A DNA stretch of 59,376 nt from an uncultured Methanosarcinales archaeon (GTDB lineage: Archaea > Nanobdellota > Nanobdellia > Woesearchaeales > JACPBV01), in NCBI GenBank assembly GCA_964609455.1, contig CAZSRD010000002.1, forward strand, positions 13,402-72,777, written 5' to 3'. The notes below the pieces were generated by a model. The model was given only the letters and a program-made list of their open reading frames with translations. It was not told where the DNA came from and did not search any database. The translations under genes and the position numbers were made by a program. The first letter of the stretch is position 1. Each line of letters starts with the position of its first letter. This document shows, one piece after another, positions 24,971 through 34,626 of the stretch.

Positions 24971-27432
24971 TTTAGAGACCTGACAAAAACAGGGACAGTT
25001 GTCTGTATTTCGTAAATATAATCCACACTTGCCCTATAAAAATAAGTTGCTATTGGTGCGCTGCCTAAAACGTCCCCTACACTGCCTTGTTTCACATTAA
25101 CCAAGCATCTCCACGATTGGTATGTAGTAATAGGCACTTTAACCTTCTTCATCCTTACTTCCGTAACTTTATATGTTTTATAACCCTCTGCTCCTGCTTC
25201 ACTATCTTCAACTAATTCAAACTCGCCCCTGCAATAAGTCCCGTCATCTGTTTCCAGCTCCAACTTATCTGGTATCTGTATTCTGACATCAGTTACATTT
25301 TTTATCTGTCCATTGGTCCATGCATTTTCAACAGTAACTCCAAGGTAAGGATAACTATCTCCATCCCTTAGCAAACCAATTGGCGGGTCATTTGTGCCCA
25401 TCCCAAGTTTTACAGGCCCATAAGTAGAAACACCAACTCCTTTTCTGTCAGGAATGCCATAATGAATCAAAGGATCAATATTATTTTTCTTCAAATCACG
25501 CATGGTTTGCATATCCATAAAATGAGTTCTTAAATAGGCCAATGTTTCAAAATTAAAATTTACTTTAACTTCAATAGCATTCGTACCCTCTTTCAATTTC
25601 CCAGGTTCAAACCTGCACTCAAAACCAATATCTTCAAATTGATCTATTTTATACCCCTCTGCTTTAGCCAAAACATCAGGTTTGATGGTTCCTTTTTCCT
25701 CACCAGACCAACAGCCCATAGTAATATTAATTGCCTCATCTATTGTTTTTGCCCTCAGGTTGCCCCATACAACTACTACATCATCATTTTTATCAAATTG
25801 GCTATTAGACGGCTTTACATCTTCCAGGTATACGCCAAGCTTACTGCTCGGATCTTGGTTCTCTTCTACCTTGCTGTTGTAATAGCCGCCAGTAGCGTAC
25901 TCTACACTACTTTCAAACTGTTTTTGTATGTTTGCAGGTATAGCCTTTATCTTTGCAATAACATTATCAAAAAATCCTTTTGCTTGGGCTACTTCAGCAC
26001 TATCTACATTTATTTGAGCCCTTATATTTGCCCACCCATACATCCCCTCTGTTAAAGCGATTATATAAAAAATTATTACAGCAACCATCAAAAACTTTGC
26101 AGCTCTGCTTTTTCCTTGCTGGCCAGTATAAAAAACCAAAAACAAAAACCACAAAGGAAACACAAACCTGTTTGCGATTAATGAAGTAGGTGCAAAATAC
26201 CTTAATACTCCAAAACCAAAAAAGTCAATTATCAGCAAAACACTAATCATAAAATTTGGTTTTGTCCAATCTTCACTGCTCTCTCTTAAAACAAAAGCCC
26301 ATATTAAAGCAGCAACCAATAAGTGATGAGGGCCGCTCTCTAACCCGCCTAATGAAAAAATAGTAGAGCCAGTAACCAACAAAACAGCCCAAGAATAAAA
26401 TTTCTCCCTATCTTCAATTAGATTAGACACAATAACCATAGAAGCTAACAAGGTTGTAACCGTAAGTGAAAGGCTTATATATGGAATTTGCCTAACCCCC
26501 ATTGTCGTTTCCAAATAATTTGCTATAGTTAAAGGGATAAGCACAACAACAATAAAAATACCAGCTTTCCTGGATTTTGCAGAACCCAACGCAAGTAAAA
26601 TAATCAAAACAGCTAACACATAAATTGGAAGCATTATCCTTATCAATAATTCTATGCCGCCTGGTCGAATTAATTGAAGAAATACCTTATAATCCAATCC
26701 GCCAAAATGCAGCCAAAAGTAATCAATCACAGACAAAGCTAAAGTCAGTAACATCCAAAAACCAACATAAGCAACATCATGTACTACTCCAACCGCAGAA
26801 GCACCCAATCCAAATCCTGCCCCTGCAGCAGCCCCAGTTGTCATAGCTTTAGCAGCATCAGATTCCCTTTCAATACGTCTTTCATTTTTCTTTGTAGCAT
26901 CTTTTTCAGCAGTTGCAGCTTCCCTAACCCCCTTTTTTTCTGCAAGATCAGCCTCTAACCTCTGTTTATCCCACTTTCTGTCTATAGGTGAAGCTGTGAT
27001 GTTTCTTCGACGATCACCATCCACAAGCTGACCTTTTGCTCTAGCTTCCATAACTGCTAACCCACTCATACGTCCTGCATTTCTATCAGCTCCGCTATTA
27101 GCTATTTTATTCAAAGCAGCCTTTTTATATTCTGCAATTTGTTGAGGGTTAAGTCTTGAAAGGCCTTTCTCTCTTGCGAGACTAAGAATATCTTTCCCAG
27201 CCCCACCACCTTCCCTTGCAGCAGTTCTTGCACTTAATCTAACTGCACTGTTTGCCGCCTTCCAAGCTGATTTTGCACTTCCTCCGGCACCTTTTGTAGC
27301 ACCCCTCACAACTCCACCAGCTCCTCTCGCAACTACAGCAGCCCCTTTAGCAGCCTCAGCACCTGCCTTCACAACAACTTTTCCAGCCTCAGCAGCCCCT
27401 TTAGCAGCTGTAGCCGCTCCTCCAACTACCAT
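24967..27432 (-). CDS. Polytopic membrane protein: Ala/Gly/Lys low-complexity N-terminal region, ~9 TM helices, and a C-terminal ectodomain related to the three lipoproteins
   Basis: N-terminus GGAATAAKGAAEAGKVVVKAGAEAAKGAAVVARGAGG. Hydrophobic segments span about aa 205-470. C-terminus GPVKLGMG..YCRGEF..WRCLVNV..VDYIYE parallels the lipoprotein motifs. AGGAGG SD lies before the ATG. Confidence 0.7.
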   Translation of the reverse strand: MVVGGAATAAKGAAEAGKVVVKAGAEAAKGAAVVARGAGGVVRGATKGAGGSAKSAWKAANSAVRLSARTAAREGGGAGKDILSLAREKGLSRLNPQQIAEYKKAALNKIANSGADRNAGRMSGLAVMEARAKGQLVDGDRRRNITASPIDRKWDKQRLEADLAEKKGVREAATAEKDATKKNERRIERESDAAKAMTTGAAAGAGFGLGASAVGVVHDVAYVGFWMLLTLALSVIDYFWLHFGGLDYKVFLQLIRPGGIELLIRIMLPIYVLAVLIILLALGSAKSRKAGIFIVVVLIPLTIANYLETTMGVRQIPYISLSLTVTTLLASMVIVSNLIEDREKFYSWAVLLVTGSTIFSLGGLESGPHHLLVAALIWAFVLRESSEDWTKPNFMISVLLIIDFFGFGVLRYFAPTSLIANRFVFPLWFLFLVFYTGQQGKSRAAKFLMVAVIIFYIIALTEGMYGWANIRAQINVDSAEVAQAKGFFDNVIAKIKAIPANIQKQFESSVEYATGGYYNSKVEENQDPSSKLGVYLEDVKPSNSQFDKNDDVVVVWGNLRAKTIDEAINITMGCWSGEEKGTIKPDVLAKAEGYKIDQFEDIGFECRFEPGKLKEGTNAIEVKVNFNFETLAYLRTHFMDMQTMRDLKKNNIDPLIHYGIPDRKGVGVSTYGPVKLGMGTNDPPIGLLRDGDSYPYLGVTVENAWTNGQIKNVTDVRIQIPDKLELETDDGTYCRGEFELVEDSEAGAEGYKTYKVTEVRMKKVKVPITTYQSWRCLVNVKQGSVGDVLGSAPIATYFYRASVDYIYEIQTTVPVFVRSLK

Positions 27433-27509
27433 ATAACCAAACCTCCTAGAATATCAACCCAATCCTCAATCTTAAGACTAGCCATTCTTATTCCTCAGAA
27501 AAACACGAT

Positions 27510-28709
27510 TCATTTCTCTTCCAATACAACCTTCAGCTCAACTATGTCTAATGTATTTTGAGGAGTTATCTTGATAAAATTATTATCCTCCTCAATCCAG
27601 TTGTTGATATTTTTGTCATATAGCCTAATTGCCTCGTCTACCCTGGCTAAATGGTCATTTACATTTAAGTCAAATTTCTTCCTGTTTTTGTCATCAACAA
27701 ACTCTATCTTCAATAAAGCATTATAATCCCCTATATCTTCCCAAGTTGTTTCATTTACCTCAAAATAATAAACAGCTTCAGGAGTGTCTTCCTCTGTAAA
27801 TCTCATATTAATCTGCTCTACAGAATAGCTCCCTTTATTTGTCCTAAAAATAACCTTATTCTGTCCAGCGCTTAAAGCGCTTATTGGGACATCCTGCGCA
27901 TATCTGTCATCACAGACAGGAACAGCTGAAAAAACATTTCTATTGTTAATAAAAACATCTAAAACACCGACAGTAGCAGCAGAAGCGCAATAAGGTATAA
28001 ACCGCAGCTCAGCTTTCTCTAGATTCTGGTATTCTGTATCAGTCAAAGCAAAAACATTCTGGCTTTCCTGTCTGCTTAAATCAGTTAGATCTCCAATTAT
28101 CTTAACATTGTCCAGGGCATATTCATTAGTTGTCCAAAATTTAGCGCCAACGCCAGAAACACTAAACTCTAATTCATTCTCGTTTTGCAATAAGCTTTTC
28201 TTAAGCTTTATTGGCTCAACATTCAGGCTGTTTATATCATACTCATAAATAAGCTCACCATTTAATTTTATAGATAAAATTCCTGTTCTTTTAGGGGCAG
28301 AAAAACTCAGAACAACATTATCAGTATTCTCTAAATCAACAATAGTAAATTTGATTACCTTAACTCTCTTATCAAACCACCCATTTCTTACAGATATGGG
28401 GTTTATAGTATCCAAAACCTTGGAATTTGTCGTCTCAAAAATATACACATTAGGAATATCTTTATCTCTCACATTTCCTACTGGGTCCAATCTTCCAACA
28501 TTTTCAGAAAGCAGCTCAATTTTAGCCTCTTTTGAACTGCTGCCCTTATAATCACTTTTTTCTTCCAATAAATCTTTTCTATCCTCTGTTGGAAGAAATA
28601 AGATATAAACTATAATCACAGCAGCAATTACTGCTATTAATATAGCAGCATTCAAGCCGCCTTGGGACTTTAAATTGTGAAGCAATTTATGGCTTTTCAA
28701 TTTTCTCAT
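27510..28709 (-). CDS. N-terminally TM-anchored, beta-rich extracellular protein; first gene of the envelope cluster
   Basis: MRKLKSHKLLHNLKSQGGLNAAILIAVIAAVIIVYILFL anchor, then Asn/Val/Ile-rich beta-like sequence with a Cys pair (IPYCASAA..VPVCDD). GGTGAT SD lies before the ATG at 28709 (the track start is GTG). Confidence 0.65.
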   Translation of the reverse strand: MRKLKSHKLLHNLKSQGGLNAAILIAVIAAVIIVYILFLPTEDRKDLLEEKSDYKGSSSKEAKIELLSENVGRLDPVGNVRDKDIPNVYIFETTNSKVLDTINPISVRNGWFDKRVKVIKFTIVDLENTDNVVLSFSAPKRTGILSIKLNGELIYEYDINSLNVEPIKLKKSLLQNENELEFSVSGVGAKFWTTNEYALDNVKIIGDLTDLSRQESQNVFALTDTEYQNLEKAELRFIPYCASAATVGVLDVFINNRNVFSAVPVCDDRYAQDVPISALSAGQNKVIFRTNKGSYSVEQINMRFTEEDTPEAVYYFEVNETTWEDIGDYNALLKIEFVDDKNRKKFDLNVNDHLARVDEAIRLYDKNINNWIEEDNNFIKITPQNTLDIVELKVVLEEK

Positions 28710-28777
28710 CTGTATCACCTTTTTTAGAGTATTATCTAAGTTTATTGAAATAATAAATAAATTTATATATAAACTTA

Positions 28778-28828
28778 TTGTTTTAGTATACTACTAAAAC
28801 AATACGGTTTAGAAATCAAAATTTCTAA
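28778..28828. repeat. Two perfect hairpins in the divergent region between the envelope cluster and pelota
   Basis: ttgttttagta-tac-tactaaaacaa (28778-28802, 11 bp). tttagaaat-caa-atttctaaa (28808-28828, 9 bp). Flanked by a 15-nt direct repeat aaacttattgtttta at 28771 and 28828. Confidence 0.8.
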
Positions 28829-28853
28829 AACTTATTGTTTTAATCAAACTATC

Positions 28854-29918
28854 ATGAAACAGCTTTACTTAGACTTGAAGAAAGGAACAGCAAAACTTAA
28901 AATCGAAGATTTGGATGATTTGTGGTACCTAAGCCAAATAATCGATATAGGAGATTTAGTTAAAGGCAAGACTATAAGAAAAATAAAGATTGGAAAAGAA
29001 GCAGATAGAAAACAAGCAGTAGCCAAAAAAACAATTTTCCTGAAAATAAAAATTGAAAAAATTGAATTCAGTAAAACCTCAAATACCCTAAGGGCCTTAG
29101 GAATAATAACAGAAGGCCCGGAAGATATTCAAAAAGGAGAGCACCACACCTTCAATTTAGAGCCAAACACAATTTTTACATTAATCAAAGAAAGATGGTT
29201 AAAATACCAGGTTGATAGGTTAAAAGAAGCCAGCCAAGAAAAGCCATCTAAAATTTTGATTGTAGTTATGGACAGAGAAGAAGCGAATTTTGCTTTGCTT
29301 AAAAAATATGGTTACGATCTACTGACAAATATCCAAGGAAAAGTAATGAAAAAGGCAATGGAAGAAAGAAAAGAGGGAAACTTTTATCAGGATATTATAC
29401 AAAAAATTGAAGAATATGTCAAAAGGTACAATATAGTTAAGGTTATATTGGCAAGTCCAGCTTTCTGGAAAGAAGACTTAACAAAAGAACTTAAAGATGA
29501 AGAGCTAAAGAAAAAGATTTTATTGGCAACATGCAATGCAACAGGAAAAAATGGTATTGACGAAGTTCTAAAAAGGCCAGAAGTAAAAGCAGCATTGCAT
29601 GAAGATAGGATAGCTAAAGAAATGAGCTTGGTAGAAGAATTATTGACAGAGATATCAAAAAACAATATGGCAGTTTATGGATTAAAAGATACAGAAAACG
29701 CAGTGAATGCTGGAGCTGTAAAAGACCTGCTGATTACCGAATCACTGATCCAAAAATCAAGAGAAGCAAATAATTACGAAAAAATAGATAATTTAATGAA
29801 AATTGTAGACTCCATGAAAGGCACCATAAACATAATCTCTTCAGATCATGAAGGCGGAAAGAAACTCAATGGCCTAGGTGGAATAGGGGCGATCTTAAGG
29901 TATAAATTAAACTATTAA
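28854..29918 (+). CDS. pelA: Pelota (Dom34 homolog, mRNA surveillance/ribosome rescue)
   Basis: LKIEDLDDLWYLSQIIDIGDLVKGKTIRKIK, central and eRF1-like C-terminal domains, 354 aa. Confidence 0.88.
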   Translation: MKQLYLDLKKGTAKLKIEDLDDLWYLSQIIDIGDLVKGKTIRKIKIGKEADRKQAVAKKTIFLKIKIEKIEFSKTSNTLRALGIITEGPEDIQKGEHHTFNLEPNTIFTLIKERWLKYQVDRLKEASQEKPSKILIVVMDREEANFALLKKYGYDLLTNIQGKVMKKAMEERKEGNFYQDIIQKIEEYVKRYNIVKVILASPAFWKEDLTKELKDEELKKKILLATCNATGKNGIDEVLKRPEVKAALHEDRIAKEMSLVEELLTEISKNNMAVYGLKDTENAVNAGAVKDLLITESLIQKSREANNYEKIDNLMKIVDSMKGTINIISSDHEGGKKLNGLGGIGAILRYKLNY

Positions 29919-29919
29919 A

Positions 29920-30459
29920 ATGAAAAATATTCTAAAAAAGGAAAATACCATATTGATTGTAATAGATATTCAGGAAAAATTCTTGTCAGTTATAAAAAAC
30001 ATTAATCCAGTTATTGAAAACACCCTAAAATTAATAAGATCTTTCCAAATAATGAAAATTGCAATCATAGTAACAGAGCAATACCCAAAAGGCTTAGGAA
30101 AAACAGTTGGAAAAATACAAAAAGAACTAAAATCTTACAGGCCAATCAAAAAGGCATATTTTAATTGTTTTGATGAAAAAAATTTCAAAATACCAAAGAA
30201 AATAAAAAATTTGATTATTTGCGGTATTGAAAGTCATGTTTGTGTTACACAAACAGCCTTGGCAGCAATCGAGAAAGGATTCAATGTTTATTTAGTTAAG
30301 GATGCAATTTCTTCAAGAAAAGAATCGGACTACAAAATAGCACTAGAGAGGGCAAAACAGGAAGGGGCCCTAATAGCTTCAACAGAGATGATAATCTTTC
30401 AATTATTAAAAAAAGCAGGAACTAAGAAATTTAAAGAAGTAATTAAATTAATAAAATAA
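29920..30459 (+). CDS. Isochorismatase-family cysteine hydrolase
   Basis: ILIVIDIQEKF (Asp), LIICGIESHVCVTQTALAA (Cys nucleophile context), 179 aa. Confidence 0.8.
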   Translation: MKNILKKENTILIVIDIQEKFLSVIKNINPVIENTLKLIRSFQIMKIAIIVTEQYPKGLGKTVGKIQKELKSYRPIKKAYFNCFDEKNFKIPKKIKNLIICGIESHVCVTQTALAAIEKGFNVYLVKDAISSRKESDYKIALERAKQEGALIASTEMIIFQLLKKAGTKKFKEVIKLIK

Positions 30460-30552
30460 TGCCAAAAAGTTTAAAAAGGGCCACAATTTCCACTTCTTTA
30501 AGCGAAAATATTTTTGGGGTTTAACACTCATAAAAAACTGGAGGCAAATAAA

Positions 30553-32520
<1,968 letters not shown>

Positions 32521-32779
32521 TTTTTTTTCTTTTTTACCCCCTTCTTAGATTAAAATAAAGTAATATATTAAAATATAGTTTCTTTTGCAACAATATTTAT
32601 ATATAAGCTATACTAACATATCCTTAATTGTTTTAACTAAAGAGTTAAAATTATTTGTTACTAGTCTCAAGTAAAAGTACTTTACCGAGGTAAAAAAGCG
32701 TAACATATATTAAGTAGTACCAATTTTTTACCCCAATGAGAAGTGAAAATACTTCTCCAAAAAAAGGGGGTGAATTTAA

Positions 32780-33583
32780 ATGATTGTGAAAGAGGAGTTT
32801 TTAAGCAAACTAAGAAGATATTTCTCGTTAAACCTCTATGAGGTTAAAATTTGGACTGCATTGCTGAGCAGAGGAGTTTCTACAGCAGGGGAATTAAGTG
32901 ATATTGCAGACGTTCCAAGAAGCAGAAGTTATGATGTTCTAGAAAGCCTTGAGAAAAAAGGATTTGTGATTATGAAGCTAGGTAAGCCAATAAAATATCT
33001 TGCCGTTCCGCCGCAGGAAGTTTTGGAAAGGGTAAAAAAGAACGTTAAAGAAGATGCAAAAGATCAAATCACAAGATTAGAAGAACTAAAAGGAACAGAA
33101 GTTATTAACGAATTAAACGCTTTGCATACTCAAGGTGTAGAGCTAGTAGAGCCAGCTGATTTATCAGGTTCTTTAAGAGGGAGGCACAACCTATACAACC
33201 ATCTAGAATTGACTATTAGAAACGCAGAAAACAACGTTACCATGATGACAACAACCCAAGGGTTCATAAGAAAAGTTGAAGGTTTAAAGCCCACATTTGA
33301 GAAGATAAAGAAACGCGGTGTTAAAATCAGAATTGCAGCGCCAATAACAAAAGAAGCAATGTCATCAGTTAAAGACCTAAAAGGTTTAGCAGAAGTTAGG
33401 CACACAGATAGCAAAGCAAGGTTCTGTATTGTTGATGGCAAAGAGCTTATTTTCATGGTATTGGACGATGCAGAAGTGCACCCAACCTACGATGTAGGCG
33501 TATGGGTAAACACACCATTCTTTGCAAAAGCATTAGACACCCTATTTGATTCAGCTTGGAAAGGCATGAAGCCAATTAAATAA
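32780..33583 (+). CDS. TrmB-family transcriptional regulator (paralog 2)
   Basis: YEVKIWTALLSRGVSTAGELSDIADVPRSRSYDVLESLEKKGF. Colinear with 2810-3589 through the C-terminal domain. GGGGGTGA SD. Confidence 0.85.
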   Translation: MIVKEEFLSKLRRYFSLNLYEVKIWTALLSRGVSTAGELSDIADVPRSRSYDVLESLEKKGFVIMKLGKPIKYLAVPPQEVLERVKKNVKEDAKDQITRLEELKGTEVINELNALHTQGVELVEPADLSGSLRGRHNLYNHLELTIRNAENNVTMMTTTQGFIRKVEGLKPTFEKIKKRGVKIRIAAPITKEAMSSVKDLKGLAEVRHTDSKARFCIVDGKELIFMVLDDAEVHPTYDVGVWVNTPFFAKALDTLFDSAWKGMKPIK

Positions 33584-33603
33584 TTTTTTTTCTTATTTTT
33601 AGA

Positions 33604-33618
33604 CGAAAAGTTTATAAA
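33604..33618 (+). promoter_or_regulatory. BRE/TATA promoter element
   Basis: cgaaaag + tttataaa. The TATA centre is about 30 nt upstream of the ATG at 33645. Confidence 0.55.
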
Positions 33619-33644
33619 CAGGGGGTCATTAATACCTATCTAAG

Positions 33645-33725
33645 ATGGCTATGGCTGGGAAGATAAATTCAATATTGAATGAGTTCTTTCTAGGTCAAAA
33701 TTTCTTTTATTTTTATTTTTGGTAG
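33645..33725 (+). promoter_or_regulatory. Candidate aromatic-rich leader peptide ORF (26 codons) upstream of the aro-tyrA-pheA-pheST operon
   Basis: ATG GCT ATG GCT GGG AAG ATA AAT TCA ATA TTG AAT GAG TTC TTT CTA GGT CAA AAT TTC TTT TAT TTT TAT TTT TGG TAG = MAMAGKINSILNEFFLGQNFFYFYFW. Nine of the last 13 residues are F/Y/W. Confidence 0.4.
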
Positions 33726-33818
33726 GGCCTCTAGGTTAATTTTAATGCCTGGGACCCTCATTGTTTAAAACTGGTAAACAGACTTACACAAAAATAAAAA
33801 ACACAAAAGGTGAAACAA

Positions 33819-34607
33819 ATGGTTGGAAAACAAATAAGGATGCAAAGAATAATGAACAGAAATACAGGTAAAACTGTCGTCATCCCAATGGATCATGGGG
33901 TAACAGTTGGGCCAATAAAAGGCCTAGAGAACCTGAGGGATACAATTAATAAGGTAGCAGAAGGCGGGGCAAACGCAATAGTATTGCATAAAGGAATTGT
34001 TGCTGCAGGACTCCGTTCTGGAGGAAGAGATGTTGGGTTAATAATACACCTCTCAGCATCTACCAGCTTAGGGCCAGACCCCAACCATAAGGTGCAATGC
34101 TGTACTGTTAAGGAAGCAGTAAGATTGGGTGCAGACGCAGTCTCGATACATGTAAATATAGGTGCAGAAGATGAAGCAGAAATGCTGAAAGACATGGGAG
34201 AGGTATCAAGAGAATGTTATAAATGGGGAATGCCTTTGTTGGCTATGATGTATCCTCGTGGAAAGAAGATAAAAGACGAAAAAGATGTTGAAGCAGTTAA
34301 GCTGGCAGCGCGAGTAGGTGCAGAGCTAGGTGCAGACATTGTAAAAACAGTATACACGGGAAGTGTAGAATCTTTCAAACAGGTTATTGAAGGGTGCCCT
34401 GTGCCTGTTATTATAGCAGGAGGTTCAAAAGGAAACGAAGAAGCATGTTTGAAAATGATAGAGGATGCCATGAAAGCAGGAGCTGCAGGAGTGGCAATGG
34501 GAAGGAACTCTTTCCAGTATAAGGATCCTGCAAAATTCGTTAAAGCAGTATGCGAGGTAGTTCACCACAAAAAAAGCGCAAAACAAGCATGTAGTGTATT
34601 AAGGTGA
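33819..34607 (+). CDS. aroA': 2-amino-3,7-dideoxy-D-threo-hept-6-ulosonate (ADH) synthase, archaeal shikimate entry enzyme (class I aldolase family)
   Basis: [37 protein letters not shown]...AIVLHKG...KTVYTG...IAGG. MJ0400-like. AAGGTGA SD lies before the ATG at 33819. Confidence 0.8.
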   Translation: MVGKQIRMQRIMNRNTGKTVVIPMDHGVTVGPIKGLENLRDTINKVAEGGANAIVLHKGIVAAGLRSGGRDVGLIIHLSASTSLGPDPNHKVQCCTVKEAVRLGADAVSIHVNIGAEDEAEMLKDMGEVSRECYKWGMPLLAMMYPRGKKIKDEKDVEAVKLAARVGAELGADIVKTVYTGSVESFKQVIEGCPVPVIIAGGSKGNEEACLKMIEDAMKAGAAGVAMGRNSFQYKDPAKFVKAVCEVVHHKKSAKQACSVLR

Positions 34608-34626
34608 AAAATGAAAAGGTGAAAAA

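Noticed and set aside
27426-27485. 19-codon ORF (MASLKIEDWVDILGGLVIW) whose TAG overlaps the ATG of the 821-aa gene
   Set aside because: It is in frame and positioned for coupling. However, it has no SD or TATA of its own, its composition is unremarkable, and it contains the AGGAGG SD of the downstream gene. It is most simply a chance ORF in the spacer.
27510-28709. Possible class III (type IV pilin-like) signal peptide in the 399-aa protein (..LKSQGG/LNAAILIAV..)
   Set aside because: The region lacks the canonical charged residue plus G/A at -2/-1 used by archaeal prepilin peptidases. No pilus ATPase, PilC or peptidase gene is nearby. I treat it as a plain N-terminal anchor.
21882-28709. 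Idea that the envelope cluster is a type IV secretion/conjugation module (VirB6/TrbL-like Gly/Ala-rich polytopic protein plus lipoproteins)
   Set aside because: The window has no VirB4/VirD4/HerA-type ATPase, relaxase or integrase, and the only similarity is compositional. I kept it only as something to test by HHpred.
32521-32779. Search for tRNA or other structured RNA genes in the larger spacers (2570-2809, 18403-18543, 32521-32779, 33584-33818)
   Set aside because: I could find no T-loop (GTTCRANYC) or D-loop signatures and no cloverleaf-compatible stems. These regions are very AT-rich and dominated by promoter-like and hairpin elements.
33726-33818. Riboswitch or T-box-like element between the aromatic leader ORF and aroA'
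   Set aside because: I found no conserved riboswitch core motif and only weak GC stems (agggcc / gggaccct). The 12-nt A/U complementarity could be a by-product of low-complexity sequence.
34611-34622. Duplicated aaggtgaaaaa(a)tgaa motif giving a 3-codon MKR mini-ORF between aroA' and aroB'
   Set aside because: It looks like a tandem duplication of the SD-start region. The mini-ORF is too short to interpret, and the second copy is the real aroB' start.
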